Positions 28,843-45,447 of a DNA stretch of 64,000 nucleotides are shown here, in pieces. Position 1 is the first letter of the stretch. Every line of letters begins with the position of its first letter. The notes under the pieces are model-generated. The model did no database searches. It had not been told where the DNA came from and worked only from the letters and a program-made list of their open reading frames with translations. The stretch is from positions 60,636,001 through 60,700,000 of the forward strand of contig OX597826.1 in the NCBI GenBank assembly GCA_951406725.2, given 5' to 3'. The DNA is from Octopus vulgaris. Its lineage: Eukaryota. The translations under genes and the position numbers were made by a program.

Positions 28843-28948
28843 GAAGAAGAAGAAGAAGAAGAAGAAGAAGAAGAAGAAGAAGAAGAAGAAGAAGAAGAAG
28901 AAGAAGAAGAACAAGAACAAGAAGAACAAGAAGAAGAAGAAGAAGAAG
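28843..28948. repeat. (AAG)n microsatellite
   Basis: Trinucleotide run. Confidence 0.95.
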
Positions 28949-29252
28949 AGGGAGGAGGAGGAGGGGAAGAAGAAGAGTGGTATGGTAGTAGTAGGATGCT
29001 AAATGGTCAAGTGCCCTGAAAGTGACTGGTTGTGGATGGTACTAGTGATTGGAACTATTTTGATGAGTTTTTGAGGTATCTCTTTTGAACCTATTGTTTT
29101 TAATATTTGCGTGGGTGTTATTCTAAGCAGCTGTAGTAGTAAAGTAAGAAAGGAGGTGGCGGAGAGGAAGAAAATGAAGAAGAAGAAGGAGAAGGAGAAG
29201 AAGAGAAAGAATAAGGCAAGATAGTAGTAGCATATATACACACACACACACA

Positions 29253-29323
<71 letters not shown>

Positions 29324-29738
29324 GCATATATATATGCATATATGTATATATGCAAATATTTCATTTGTATGGGCACCTTACTACGTCCGAGCTTATGTTA
29401 CATTTTATGTATGCGAGCGCATGTGGCATGTGGCTGTGTATGTGTACATCGTATGCTCTTGTATTTCTGTACGTGTCTACGTTTCCAACAAATGGTGTAA
29501 TCAATTAAACGTTGAAATGTTCTGCAGCTGATGATCAGCCGTAGAGAGGTTACCACGTGATTTTAATTTCCGCTTCCGTTTAAGAAGCTATATCTTCTGT
29601 AAGACATGACACAATGAATAATTAGTCTTCACTCACCGACATTCGTCAGCGACTCAACATCGAGTAGCTTCATCAAGTGACTTCCCCCTTTCACCCCTTT
29701 TCATTGTTATAATTCTTGATTCAAATTTCAGCAATCTA

Positions 29739-29853
<115 letters not shown>

Positions 29854-30033
29854 CAATTTCATTGTCTTTCTCTCGCTCTGTCTCTCTTTCTCTCCTGTCC
29901 TATATATACTATACATATACATTAACAGACACACACACATATATCTGTGTGTATACATGTATATATATTTACGTACACGTATGTATATATATATATATTT
30001 AAATATATGTTATACATATATGTACGTACATAT

Positions 30034-30085
<52 letters not shown>

Positions 30086-30217
30086 GCACACACACAGAGG
30101 TAAATAGATAGAGAGGTATACCTATAAACGTACACACAAATATGCGAACACATATCCATCTACAACTTCTACACTTATATGAATACCGTTCCGTTTTATC
30201 TATATATCTATATATAT

Positions 30218-30330
<113 letters not shown>

Positions 30331-30448
30331 AAGATAGATAAATAGATATACATATATATATATATTATATATTATATAAAAAATTAATATGCATATATAT
30401 AAATGTGTATATATGTAAATATATTTATACACAGACACACACACACAG

Positions 30449-30507
<59 letters not shown>

Positions 30508-30514
30508 TGCATAT

Positions 30515-30955
30515 ATGGGTACAGGACGTCACCAACAGTAAACGACATCAATTACGGAGCCAAAAATGAGTTCAATATGCAAATAACGAGAAAAACAAAT
30601 GGAAAAGAGGACAAGTAACATAAAGGCCGAATCTTCACCAGAGGTCGGCTACCTATATATTCCTCATCGTTGTTTGGGTTACTTGTCCTGTTTTTCATTT
30701 GTTTCTCTCATTATTCGTGTATTGAACTCAGTTGTTTTCCTATTGTCGTTTCTTCCTACTCTGGTTGTTCTTCGATTGCTAGCCACTACACATTCTTTAT
30801 TTTCTCTCCTTGTTTCTTTTTGTGCTCCTTTCTGCGGAAGAGCGTAGGCTTCAAACGTTAAAGATTTTTTCATTTCCCGAGCGTTAAACTAATACATCTG
30901 CTCGTTGTCCACACCACCTGACCTCGTCTTTGGTGTTTTTGTGAATTCTCCCTCT
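30515..30955 (+). mobile_element. Repeat family E, longer decayed copy
   Basis: 30780-30950 matches 28270-28460; motif CTTT-CTGCGGA-AGAGCGTAGGCTT-CAAAC-GTT-AAAG at 30828-30863; 5' boundary uncertain. Confidence 0.65.
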
Positions 30956-30976
30956 CTCTTTCGCTCACTCTCTCCC

Positions 30977-31013
<37 letters not shown>

Positions 31014-31079
31014 CCCTTTATGTGTGTCTATGTTTTCATGCGTACTTGTCTATGCTTATACCACCTGTCTGTTATTCTG

Positions 31080-31118
<39 letters not shown>

Positions 31119-31181
31119 CTCTTTCTCTATCACATAAACACACACATTCTCTTTCTCGTCTTTTTTCTCGTTACAACGTAC

Positions 31182-31407
31182 AGGATGGCTTTACAACTCA
31201 GGATGGCTAAGGGGACAGACAAGGACAGACAAACGGATTAAGTCGATTATATCGACCCCAGAGCATAACTGGTACTTAATTTATCGACCTCGAAAGGATG
31301 AAAGGCAAAGCCGACCTCGGCGGAATTTGAACTCAGAACGTAACGGCAGACGAATTACGGTTACGCATTTCGCCCGGCGTGCTAAACTTTCTGCCAGCTT
31401 GCCGCCC
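31182..31407 (-). mobile_element. SINE family B monomer with 17-bp TSD
   Basis: TSD ttctcgttacaMcgtac at 31165-31181 and 31408-31424. Confidence 0.88.
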
Positions 31408-32015
31408 TTCTCGTTACACCGTACCGTCCACCTCTACATGTCTCGCATCCAGCTACTCCTCAGCTACTACTCACCACACACACACACACCACTGCTACGG
31501 TGACCACGTATTTGTGTATATGTGTTGATTACATCGCACCTACACCTGAATCTACTTGATCTTTCCCCATCCAACCTCACCTTTTACAATCTAAATCATA
31601 TAGCTACCATGTTTTCACTATACACACACCCACACGCACACACAGATACACCCACACCCACCCACACAAACAAATACAAACACACACACTCGCAAACTTC
31701 CAAACACATACATGCCAATCTTCATGCACCCACACACATATGCGTTACCTTTAACTTGTGTTACAAGATCTTCTAATATTCACGTGTGACATCAAACTCG
31801 AAGCTATTCAATTCCATTAAACTACGATACCTACACCCGGATACTCTTATGTCATGGAGCGAGTAAAAGCTGCTTCACATCTGTTCCTCAACCTTCATCT
31901 TATTATTCGTCTCCTTTAGATTTTTCCTTGTCACATTCACGACCAATAAACTCTTTAAAAATGGCCGACAGTCTGTCTATCTGTTTGTCTGTCTGTCTCT
32001 CTGTCTCTCTGTCTC

Positions 32016-32070
<55 letters not shown>

Positions 32071-32214
32071 AACAATCTCCATCTCTGCCTCTGTCTATAT
32101 ATATATATATATATACTTAAAATAAGTGTGAAAAATTGAATATTAATTTGATTAATATCAAGTTAAAACCAGTGGTCTAGCATATTGAAAAGTTTCAGAT
32201 TTATATATGTAATG

Positions 32215-32355
<141 letters not shown>

Positions 32356-32575
32356 TGTATGTATGTATGTATACATATATATAATCTGTCTCTCTCCTCT
32401 GCTCTTTCTAACGAAACCTTTCTCTGTTTCAATGACTTATAGACATGCATTTCGTACGCAAACTAAATCACCTACTAAACATTACGTGCACCTGTATCTG
32501 CTATTGTAGCGGCAGCAACTGCAGCAGCAGTTCAGCTGTTGCAGCTGCAGCAATTGCAGCATCAGCTGTAGTAGC

Positions 32576-32606
<31 letters not shown>

Positions 32607-33376
32607 TTCGTTGTCGTTGTTGCTGTTGCTGTTGTTGCTGTTCTCGTCATAGTTGTTCTTGTTGTTGTTGTAGCAGTGTGTGTAGCGGTAGCAGCAGAAG
32701 CAGAAGAAACAGCAGCAGCAGCAGCAACAGTTTAGTCCCAGGTCAAACGTGATCAGGTCCATTCTATGATGAATAGTTGCTGATCTGATTCATGCTGCTT
32801 TATACCCATTCACAGGATTTGTGGAATCACACGGTGGAATGTATTGTTTGTTCATTCTTTATAATGGTTAAATGTCTTTTAGCAAACAGAAATTAATTAG
32901 ACTATACTGAGTTGGTTGTCTGAATGATTTCTGCTAAGTCAGTTATATAATCTTCAATATAGTGAAAGTTGAATATTCAAGCGTATCTTTTATCCTTTTT
33001 TGTCTGTCACTAATTTCAGTCATTGGACACCGACCACGCTGGGTCACCAGCTTGAGCGTTTAGTCAAACTGCTCTACTCCAGTATTTATCTAGAGTACGA
33101 TGTTTATTCTCCCTGATTCTTTAGCCAAACAGCTAATATGTGGATGTGTATACATAACAACAAGGTTGTTAAACGGTGGTATAAGACAAATAAAGTAATC
33201 TAACACACGCACACATGCATGCATGTATATATATATACATACATACACACATTCCTACATACATGTGTATGTATGCGCGCACGGCGGTCTTCCACACAGG
33301 CTCTGATTATCAAAGTCACTCAGAAAGCAATCGTCATCTGGGTCTGTGGTATGAATGCATTTGCCCAATTTGCTGC

Positions 33377-33516
<140 letters not shown>

Positions 33517-33583
33517 GAAGGTTTGAAAATGCAATTTTAAATATGTTTATTTACTTGACCGGTTTCACTTCTTTTAGAAAAAG

Positions 33584-33941
33584 ATTGTCAAAAGTAAAAC
33601 GAAAAGCTTTGTATAAGCTTTGTTGTGTTAAGTACTGGTGACGTATTAAAATACATATATTAAGTCTTTGATAATAATAAGAAAATGTTAAAAACAGTTT
33701 ACAAGGAAACATCTTGAGAAAATTTTAATCAAAATGTTCAATAAATATATTAGGAATTAATTTAAATTTTTTATTGAACTTTTTGTTTAATATTTTCTCA
33801 AGATATTTCCTTGTAAACTGTTTTTAACATTTTCTTGTTATTATTTTCAAAGACTGTATATATGTATTTCAATACTTTTGTGACAACCAGTACTTAACAC
33901 GACAAAGTTTATGCCAAGCTTTACATTTTAAATTTGACAAT
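33584..33941. repeat. Long AT-rich fold-back (~170-bp arms)
   Basis: gtgttaagtactggt..aagaaaatgttaaaaacagtttacaaggaaa pairs with tttccttgtaaactgtttttaacattttctt..accagtacttaacac. Confidence 0.88.
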
Positions 33942-36855
33942 GTACCTCAACCATATATTAGAGCAATGGAACAATGTTTTTTACAAATGGAAATATTCAT
34001 TTTTATGAGGTCCAACTGAAATTGCACTACGGATTTTTCGAAATTTATACAGTCCTTGTGAGTGACAAATCCTCGCGAATACAATATTACTTGGCCTATT
34101 GTAGATAGTATGCAAGCATCAGGATCAGGAGCTTCAAATCAAAATTGAATATGGTGTGATACTTGTTTAAGCTAAGAATTGAGAGTTTTTACTCCACTAA
34201 GTAACAGTTTAAATAAAAGAACTGGGATATTGGCAACTTGTATGTATTTGGCTAAGTATATTTTCTGTAACTATTTGCGTCTTTGAATCTATTTCTTGTT
34301 CAGAAAAGCGTAGGTTTCGAAACACTTAATATCATGTCTGAATGAGACTCGTTTCGATATATGTAGGTCTGTGTATGTGTGTGTAAATGTATACATCCAT
34401 ACATGTATATGAAGGTATACATATATAACTCTCTGTATATATATATCTGTATGCGTGTGCATATGTGTATGTCTATGCGTCAGCACCGACTAATGAAATA
34501 TGAACACCCATCAATACACTCAATGTTTTTAAAAGATGTTACTTAAAAGTATTACTTAACAATATTACTTTTGAACATTACTTAAACGGTAACGCAATTT
34601 CCTGACTTGCTTCAATGAAATTTAAGACATTTATAATTATCTCAAGAACCAGAAATGAAATTACAAAGGCGAACTTGAAACAACCTTATTTCTTGCGTCG
34701 ACGACAATTTTTTAAAACAAATGAATAAGAATAAGCGTTTTCTACCAACTTTCATTTGATGTTTCAAAACATTCAAATAGTGAATATTTTAAAAGGAAAG
34801 CAGATTCGGTTTACCAGCTGATAACTAGAAACAAATAACACATCGTACTGAAAATTGGAGCCTATCGTTTATAATGTATTGAAGAATACTCAACATTTGT
34901 ATTTCATCACGTAATTATCACTTCTGGTGAATCAATATATCAGACAGGTGCAAAAGTAATGTCCGATTTAAAGAACTAAGGTAAAAATGAATAAGCCAAT
35001 GACTATTTAATTAATCTTGCAATTTTGAGCCGTAAAGAAGAAAGTGCCAAATTTGCTAAAGGGGTTTTCAAATAAAACTGTTCAGTTCTAATGAAATGAT
35101 TAACAAAAGAATATAACTATGTGGGGGTCAGTAACAAAATTTTTAAAAAACCAAAAAACTGAGTTGCCAAGAAACAGTTTGCAGGAAGTGAGACTGGCAC
35201 ATGTATTGTAATTTAGTGAATGCAGCGGGAGGCGAAATGTACATATTCGAATCTTTGCATCCATGCTCTTATACCCGTATGCATAGTGACTCTATCCAGT
35301 TACATACAGTGGACTTATCCATGTGTTTACATTTATGGAAGGTATCATAAAAAACACTTAAATATACAAAATGCTGCAATATTTTTCTACGATTTCCGGA
35401 GTACATATTCCACATATCTTGCCGCCTATTTAAGTTATTGTTTGTCCAACAATCCTCCCTTTTGTGATATAGTCCATGGCTCTTTCCTTCAATGGCCATA
35501 TATTACACCAAATCTATTATTTTGTTTATCGGTTCATCTGAAAGACACATGATTGTAAGATCTTCACTTTGATTTCCCTTCTGATATACCACTATTGCGT
35601 TTTAGAGCTATAATGGGGCTCAGACTTCTTGTATTAACCCCTGCTTCCTGAATTATAACGTTGAGTCTCGGGTTATAATAAATTTATCATCACACTTTCA
35701 GGTAACCTGAACGCTTTCTGAACAAAGTTTCTCAAACTATGTCTAATTTTTTTAAAGAGATTGCATAAGTATCAGAGATTGTATAGGTATGTTAAAGATA
35801 CTGGAGAAATCCAAACATTATAAAGAGAATAATGATGGCCGTAATTTTTGTCATTCTGAAAGGATAAATATTTCTTTCTATGTAAAAGTTATCTTGAATA
35901 ATGTTACAGAGGTAATGTTTTTATTATATTTTATTTTATTCTTTTGTCGCTATAAATCAAAATATTTGATGAGACACTTAAAATACCTAACGAATGAACC
36001 TGAAATAGCTTCGAAACTATATAATTTCTATTGTTAGCAAATATTGCATTCAAAAACTCTTTTTATCTTTACAAATGGGAATTTTCTGTTGAACTATTCT
36101 AAAACGCCAAGCAGATGAACTTTGGCCTGTTGCGTTGTATGGTTTTTCGATTGTCAATGTAGATATTTAGCGTATTTTTATTCAACGCTTTTTGTTCAAG
36201 TGTTGAATTTCATTATTTTGTTGGTATTATATTCTATTTTAAATACATTTCACGTCATATACATAGATAAATCCGCCAAATACACTTTTCTCATGGTACG
36301 GTTTCAAACACAGTTTCAGTTTCCGAAAATTAAACTTCCAGCAAATTTCCCTACCATTACAAAGCTTAACTGCCGGAAAGTACAAAGCTTTTGCTAGTTT
36401 TTTTCAAATGGATATGCATTAACAAGCAGACATATACATCATCTTGAGTCTCGCCACTTTGACGTAACATAACATCGAGAATGTAACAGTTGGAAGGTAT
36501 GAACATCACCAGTAGTTAACAGGTACTCAAGTTCATTTTATAGTAATATGAAATTAGTACCTTCCTCAAAGACAGAACGCATTAACTGGCCTTGAATTCA
36601 ACTTACTACCTTACAATTATGAGTTAAACACTCCGACTAGTAAGATAAGTAGAGTGTTCATCATTTTGTTAATCTACAGCAAAATATTTAAATTTTCCCT
36701 CTTTGTATATCCGCTACGTACGCTACATATGTTGTATCATATCTCTATATAGTGTGAACTGAGACCCCTGCAGAAAGATCACTGATATTAATTAAAGTGT
36801 TAAGCATTTATGATATGCAAATTAGTAGCTCAACTTTTCTCAATTTTGGGGGATT

Positions 36856-36893
<38 letters not shown>

Positions 36894-37320
36894 TTGTTAC
36901 TTATTTCTCTGGAATTGGTCAAGTGATGTACATTCTTCTGACAAGTACCCAATATGGTCCAATTAAAGTAGTTTTTTATTCCAACCTAGGTTGAAATTCT
37001 TAAGCAGGACATAAATACATACATGTAATGCATGTGGTGTAAAAAATAAACACCAAAAGCAAATACAGAATTGGCACTCATAAAATGTAGAATTGAAAAG
37101 GAAATGTCTTCTACTTTTCGAATATTCACACTTTCTCTGGAAGAGAGGACAGGCAGCGGTATATGATTGGAAACATTCTCTTTGTGACCATCTCGCGTGT
37201 ATGACATTTGGCGAATTAACGAATTTGTTCTAAATACTGCTATTAATGCTACTATAAAACTACTACTGCTATATCTCCTACCACCACCACCAGTACTACT
37301 ACTACTACTAATACGATGAA

Positions 37321-37351
<31 letters not shown>

Positions 37352-37730
37352 GTTGCTGCTGCTGCTACTATCACTACTATTACACGGTAGTGTTGAACTT
37401 TGAGAGAATTTAGTTAATATTCCCAGCAGATCTATATCTCTTTGTATCATATATTGACAATTATCTCTGCTTTCCCATTTCACTTATCGGTTTGAGGCAT
37501 ACTTTCTGATTGTCTTCATGGTGGTCTGTCTCGTGTTGTATCCTTCGCACTCAAATTTCTTTTTCTGTTATGCTGCTTTTTCTCGCGCGCATGTAGTCTA
37601 GAAGTAAAAATATATATCTTATCTTTTATCTTTTACATGTTTCAGTCATTGGCTACGACTATGCTGGAGCGCATCTTGAAGGCCTTTAGTCGAAAGATTG
37701 GCCCCAGCCCATAAGTACCAGTTGAGCATA

Positions 37731-37833
37731 CCAACCACATGGTTCCGGGTTCCGTCCCACTGCGTGGAACCTTGGGCAAGTGTGTAAAAGCCTTGTGAGT
37801 AGATTTGGTAGATGGAAGCTGAAATAAGCCCGT

Positions 37834-37912
<79 letters not shown>

Positions 37913-38140
37913 GAATATATATGTGTGTGTGTTTGTGTGTCTGTGTTTTTCCCCCCATGACAACCAATGCTGGTGTGCTTACGTCCCCGTAACTTAGCGG
38001 TTCGGCAAAAGAGACCGATAGAATAAGAATAAGTACTAGGCTGTTAAAGAATAAGCCCTAGGGTCGATTTGCTCGACTAAAGGCGGTGCTCCTGCATGAC
38101 CGCAGTCAAATGACTGAAACAAGTAAAAGAGTAAAAGAGA

Positions 38141-38141
<1 letters not shown>
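37731..38141 (+). mobile_element. SINE family A, 5'-truncated, preceded by an inverted 3' fragment (~37617-37716)
   Basis: Similarity to 19771-20179. Confidence 0.85.
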
Positions 38142-38187
<46 letters not shown>

Positions 38188-38191
<4 letters not shown>

Positions 38192-38813
38192 TCTATGAGA
38201 TTCCAACTTAGTCTGATTTTTCACGTTTTATTATTTGCGATTTTTACAATTTTACAATTTTGCAACAGTGAAATAAAATAGTCCTTTCATGCGTGAAGCA
38301 ATCATCAGGCTTATGTAGTGACAGTGATGGAAGGGATGGTGGCAGCGTTGACCAAATTAACATTGACTCGTTTGCAATCTAAGAATTTCTGGAGTAGCAA
38401 TAGAATTAGAATTGAATGAAAACAAGAATGTTGTTTACAACATTTCAAAATATAGCCAAGCAATTATTCCTTTAGGTATAGTCAAAATGAACAATCCTTG
38501 ACGTGCCCATTAAACTGTGACGTCTGAGCCACATACTGCTTGGTCGAAATACAGTTAAAATTTAGTTGGCGTACGCACCAATCCGTGACACCTAAACCAC
38601 ATACTGATTGGTCAAAAACTAGTTCTTAATGTTCATCCAGCTGCAGCAGTTGTCACTTGTTAAACACCAGTGTCACAACATAAACTTGATATCTCCGTAA
38701 CGCATGAATGTACTAGTTTATTTCAATATTGTATAATTCTAAAATTGTAAAATTGTAAAAATTGAAAATAATAAAACATGAAATTCAAACTAAGTTGGAA
38801 TCTATTTGATTAA
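38188..38813. mobile_element. MITE with ~100-bp terminal inverted repeats
   Basis: agattccaacttagt..tttttacaattttacaatttt..ttcatgcg / cgcatgaa..aaaattgtaaaattgtaaaaa..actaagttggaatct; TTAA at both outer ends. Confidence 0.8.
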
Positions 38814-39460
38814 TATATTGTTCTATACACAATCATACAAATTCGGATACATATATATATATATATCGATTTTTTTTTTTTACGCTCAGTTTTAAGAAAA
38901 ATAATTTTACATTAATCTCTATTATCAGATGATTTCCAGTTGCGATACTCCTATAGTGTTTGGGAAGTCTGTCTGCTACAATGATGTGACAAATGTTTAT
39001 AATTCGTGCAAACATACTTTCATTCGAGCGTTTGCATGAATATATTCATACATTTTCTTTCCAGAAAGATTTGTGCCCAATATTTTCACACTCATTTTTA
39101 TAACGTTAACTGCTCCGAGAGCCGCCATTCAACCCCTAAAAGGTATATATTTAGATATATACGTATATCTATTTATATAACGACCGACATGCTTTCCTCC
39201 TGACCATCCGTTCCTTCCACCATGTCTTTTTCCCTGAGCATTCTTCTACGAACCAATGAAGAGCTATGCTCTAAACATCATATTTTTTAAGTTTTAATTT
39301 TCCGTCTAAAACTTTCATTCATTTTGTTTTTATTGTCGTTTATCACCGAATTACCTCTCTCCCTATCTTATTCACTTTTCTCTCTCTCACACACACTTTC
39401 TCTATTTCTCAATCTCTCTCTCTTTATATATATATATATATAAATAAGTGTGTGTGTGTG

Positions 39461-40340
<880 letters not shown>

Positions 40341-40396
40341 TTATATGAATGATACTGTATTGCTCTAATATCGAGGTCTCATTATTTTGCTGTTAC

Positions 40397-40483
<87 letters not shown>

Positions 40484-40522
40484 TATTATATTGTTGTTGT
40501 TTGGTTGTTATATATATAAAAC

Positions 40523-40561
<39 letters not shown>

Positions 40562-41109
40562 CTTACATATATATGCATACATACATATATATATACATTC
40601 ATACATATATATGCATACATACATATATATATGTATATATATATACATATATATATATACATATATATATATGTATATATATATATATACATATATATAT
40701 ACATATATATATACATGCATACATACATACATGCATACATACATACATGCAGACATACATGCATGCATACATACATACATATTTGCCCCTTATCAATGTA
40801 GAGCAGCCGAACCGTCTGTTCGAAGGATTATTTACCTAAATTAAGTAGAATACATCCACTGCAAATACCCTGAAACTATTCTGTAGATGCCAGACCGGCA
40901 AGGGGAAGCGGCTGATACCCCCCCCCCTGTTCGAAGGTTATAATGGACACAGGTTCGTGTGTCACATATCTAGCTAGAGGCGATGACCTCTTGGAGCTAA
41001 TCAACGGTAGCATTCGTCGTATTTTTCTGGACTGCCATGTTAGCGCTTGGCGTTAACTATTAATATCCAGTGACACTGCCGTAGTCTCCTTTAGAGAGAA
41101 TTAGAAATC

Positions 41110-41168
<59 letters not shown>

Positions 41169-42161
41169 GCTTATACACACATATACATACATAGACGGCG
41201 GGCTCCACTGAAAATCCTTCAGAGGCTTGGTTGCCCCCGGACTATAGATCGAATCACCTGCCCCGATCACCGCTCAGCGAAATTGAATACAAAACCACGG
41301 GGTTGCAAGGCGAGCTTGTTAAAGACACAGCCATCATGTGTATCTATATATCTGAATGTATATATGTATGTGTATGTATACGATTATATATATGTGTGTG
41401 TGTGCGTGTGTGTGTTGTGTGAGTGTGTTTCTGCCTCTGTGTGTGTGTGTGTTCGTTTGTACGTATGAATTACTAAGTAGTTATATATTTGTCTTCATGC
41501 CTGTAATTGTTTATATTTATATGTCTATGTGTGTATGTGTGTCTGTTTGCTTGAGTATATGTATCAGTAATCAATCCCAACATTCTATATATTCTATATT
41601 GAACGTTCTAGAATGAAAGCAGCGACAACAGTTAGTTTTATTCGAATGAAGAAAATCAATAAAAGAGACTAAAAGTAAATTCTGTACAACAATAAACTTG
41701 CCGTGATTATATTTGATATCATTGCTATGTTTCACGTTTATATTATGTCATGATATAACACGGTGTTCTACACAACAGCATAACATGCTGGACAAACTAC
41801 AATGACATCCGTCTACAATTTCATTCGCTTAAGCTATAAGTCCAGCGTTTCCAATTATGGCTGTCTGAAGAAATGTGTAAATATCGCTGGATTTACATCA
41901 CCTTCAACGCTTTTATTGATTTGTGTGAATGTGGGGGAATGAGAACAGATGCAACAGCTTTGCAATAGTAAGTTCTTGGGTTCAATTCTATTTCACGGTA
42001 TCAGGTTCTGAAGAATTCTGTCATAGCCCCGGATTGACTTGAACTTTTTAGCATGAAATTGAATTGGTCAAACTACGTAGGCGCTCGCCCGGCGGAACAT
42101 TTAATATATATCACCATGCTTGCCACACTCTGTGTTGCACTGATATTATCTAAAGATTATA

Positions 42162-42595
42162 AAGGCGATGAGCAGGTGTTTGTTCGCTGGACAAAATGGT
42201 TAGCATTTGTACGTTCTGAGTTCAAATTCCCCGAGGTCGATTGTACCTTTCATCCTTTCCAGGTGGATAAAATAAGTGCCAGTTGAGTCCTGGGGTTTGA
42301 TCTAACCGACTTAAGCCCATCACTCTATACAGGCTGGTCTTGTGCCAAAATTCGAAACCGATATTATCAAAGGATTATAAAGGTGGTGAGCTGGCATAAT
42401 CGTTAATCCAGTGGAGAACTGATTGGCAATATTTCGTCCGTTTTTATGTTATGAGTTCATATTCTGTCCAGGTCGATTTTGACTTTTATCGTTTCGGGCT
42501 CGATAAAATAAATACCCGTCGGGCACCGTGAAAGATGGGATCGACCTACACGTCTCCAAAAAAATTTCAGGCCTTTTGCTTATAGCAGAAAGGAT
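42162..42595 (+). mobile_element. Two older SINE-B-related copies in tandem; similar relics at ~11275-11430, 46375-46575, 54095-54290 and 59467-59630
   Basis: tacgttctgagttcaaattccccgaggtcgattgtacctttcatcc and a diverged repeat of it. Confidence 0.7.
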
Positions 42596-44288
42596 TACTG
42601 ATGAAGCGAGGTAAATATCCGCAACCCCTTGATCAGGTCCAAGTGTATGCTACAGTAGGCATCGGAAATATTTCGTTAATGAGGGCAGAGAAGCTGATTT
42701 GACCGAAATTTACCGATAAAAAGACGAATATTAATTTCTCATGAAAACTGATCTTTACACCAATCAATTATACACAAATATCACAACTCGCACGACATGT
42801 TTCTTAAAACAGATATTGTTTTCGCATTTCCCTAACTGCAAAAATTATCAAATTTAAATCAACAGTTTTGCCAAGTGTCATGTTGGCATACATTCTCTCA
42901 ATATTCAGTATTGCTTCGCTGATTTCTTTTTTCATTTTTCGCATTTGACCTATTGTACTTTACAGATATATATCCATCGTCTGTTGTCGCTGAAGGTGAG
43001 TTTTGTAGAGTAGGATGTAGGAGAAATTATGGCCAAACCACAAGCGAATTTGTTGAAGAATTGCATCACACCACGATGGTCATTCTTGTAAAAACTTTCA
43101 ACAACATTAACTGTAGTTATGTGTGAACATGATGGATGCTTACAATCCGTGTCAAACTTAATACGTATTGATTTTCTGTCGTTAGGAAATCACGACCAGC
43201 ACTATTATATGATGGAACAAACGGCAGTGCTCATGCAAACCATTGAGCCATCAGGATTAAGGATATTATAGCCGAATACTTTCGCTATTGAAAATCTTTC
43301 AAACTAGAATCTTAACCAAATTTTATTAAATTATTATTGAACGTGGGGGGATTACGTTCAGTTTAAGTGATATTACCCTGCGGTGGCAGTGGAGCGGGGG
43401 GGGGGGGTTCATGGGTTCCGTTCATTTCATTATCATGTTTCTCATTTGAAATATTTCCAGTCTCAGGGAGGCCAGATTCTGTAACATGTGAGTTTTATTT
43501 TTCGAGGAAAGAGATTTAAGATATCATCTCCCTCACTGTTCACAAATCTGCTCCGGATGCTAGTTAGGAAAGTCACATGATTTACAGGTGTATCACTTTT
43601 ATCGTTCCTTTATTTCTCAAGGTTAGATACGGATTTTTTCTTTATCAGCCCTCAGATTCTGCTGCGATTTGAAGGTAGGTACTGATATAAAATTTTCATT
43701 GTGACAGGCATGAGACATTCGTAAGCGCTTTCCTTTAAAGCCAGTCCATTTATTTTGTATAACCTGTATATTAGCAACATCTGTGGGTATTTAGAGTAAA
43801 AATTCGAATTTCGTATACAACACGAACAGAACAAATACTGCAGATAGTGACCTGTGTGACGCTGAATAACGATACATTAAAATATACATATCAGAATAAG
43901 CTACTTCACATCACTAGTCATTATAGGATGTTGAGACGACAAATACTAAATATAGACAGAATGAAAGAAAAATGCCATTATTTCCTGTTGATATGGACGA
44001 AGGCTTTGAGAAAACAAGAATATTTTGCTCAGAATCAGGAGTGTAGAAGTGAGAAGAATAAGAATATGATATGTTATTGAAGATGGGACAGAAAGGATAA
44101 TAAAATGTGTAGCAGGAGTGAAGGAAACGAAGGTTTTATTTTCATTTTCATATTTGGAATGACGGTAAACATCTTTGGTATGAGTATATATATGCATGTA
44201 AAGATAGATAGATAGGTATACATATTTATATTAATATGGCTTTATGAATACACACATGCACGCGCACACACAGACACACACACACATT

Positions 44289-44350
<62 letters not shown>

Positions 44351-44669
44351 TATATACACGTATACATATATATATATATGTATACACAGATATTATATTA
44401 TATTATATCGAATTGTATCTCTAATTTGCCGTTAGCGTTTCAGGTCAGGTTTTCGTACGATAACAATGAAAAGCAAAAATATATCAGACACCAGAGGGCG
44501 TTAATTAGTTCTGAAGTGGCCACTGCTATGAGTAATAGGGACGTGTCATGTTAAATACGTTATACGTGCGTGTGTATCTCTGTCTGTGTGTATACATACC
44601 TATTTTATCTATGTATACATACATAAGATATACATATATATATGTATATATATATGTGTATATATATGC

Positions 44670-44767
<98 letters not shown>

Positions 44768-44974
44768 GTGTGTGTGTGTGCGCGCGTGTGCAGGCGTGCA
44801 TGACGTTGTGAGTGTTTGTGAATTTCACACTGAAATCGAATGTTTGCTTCGTATCCAGCGGTTTCTATTTCTGTGAGCTTTATGACGTTGACTATATATT
44901 TAAACACAAACAAACACATATACGCGGGCGCTGCGTGTATGTGTGTCTGTATTTTGTTCTTTTATTTTTTTTTA

Positions 44975-45164
44975 TATGTTTCAGTCGTTTGAGTGTGGCC
45001 ATGCTGCAGCATCGCCTTTAGTTGAACAAATCGACTCCAGGACTTATTCTTTGTAAGCTTAGTATTTATTCTCTCGGACCCTTTTGTCAAACCACTAAGT
45101 TACGGGGACGTAAACGCTCCAGCATCGGTTGTCAAGCGATGGTGGTGGCAAATACAGACACACA

Positions 45165-45208
<44 letters not shown>

Positions 45209-45286
45209 CATACATACATGCATGCATACATACATCCAGCCATACAGACATACATACATACATACATACATACATACATACATACA

Positions 45287-45317
<31 letters not shown>

Positions 45318-45447
45318 GTACGACGGTCTTCTTCCAGTTTCCGTCTACCAAATCCACCCACAAGGCTTCGATCGACTCGAGGCTATAGTAGAAGACACTT
45401 GCCCATGGTTCCACGCAGTGGGACTGAACCCGGAACCATGTGATTGG
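44975..45447 (-). mobile_element. SINE family A, diverged
   Basis: Reverse-complement similarity to 19771-20179. Confidence 0.85.

Noticed and set aside
32766-32790. C/D-box-like ATGATGA..CTGA
   Set aside because: Boxes too close together for a snoRNA
42900-43260. Possible very old mariner relic; likewise ~34940-35560
   Set aside because: Only faint motif resemblance, cannot be supported by eye
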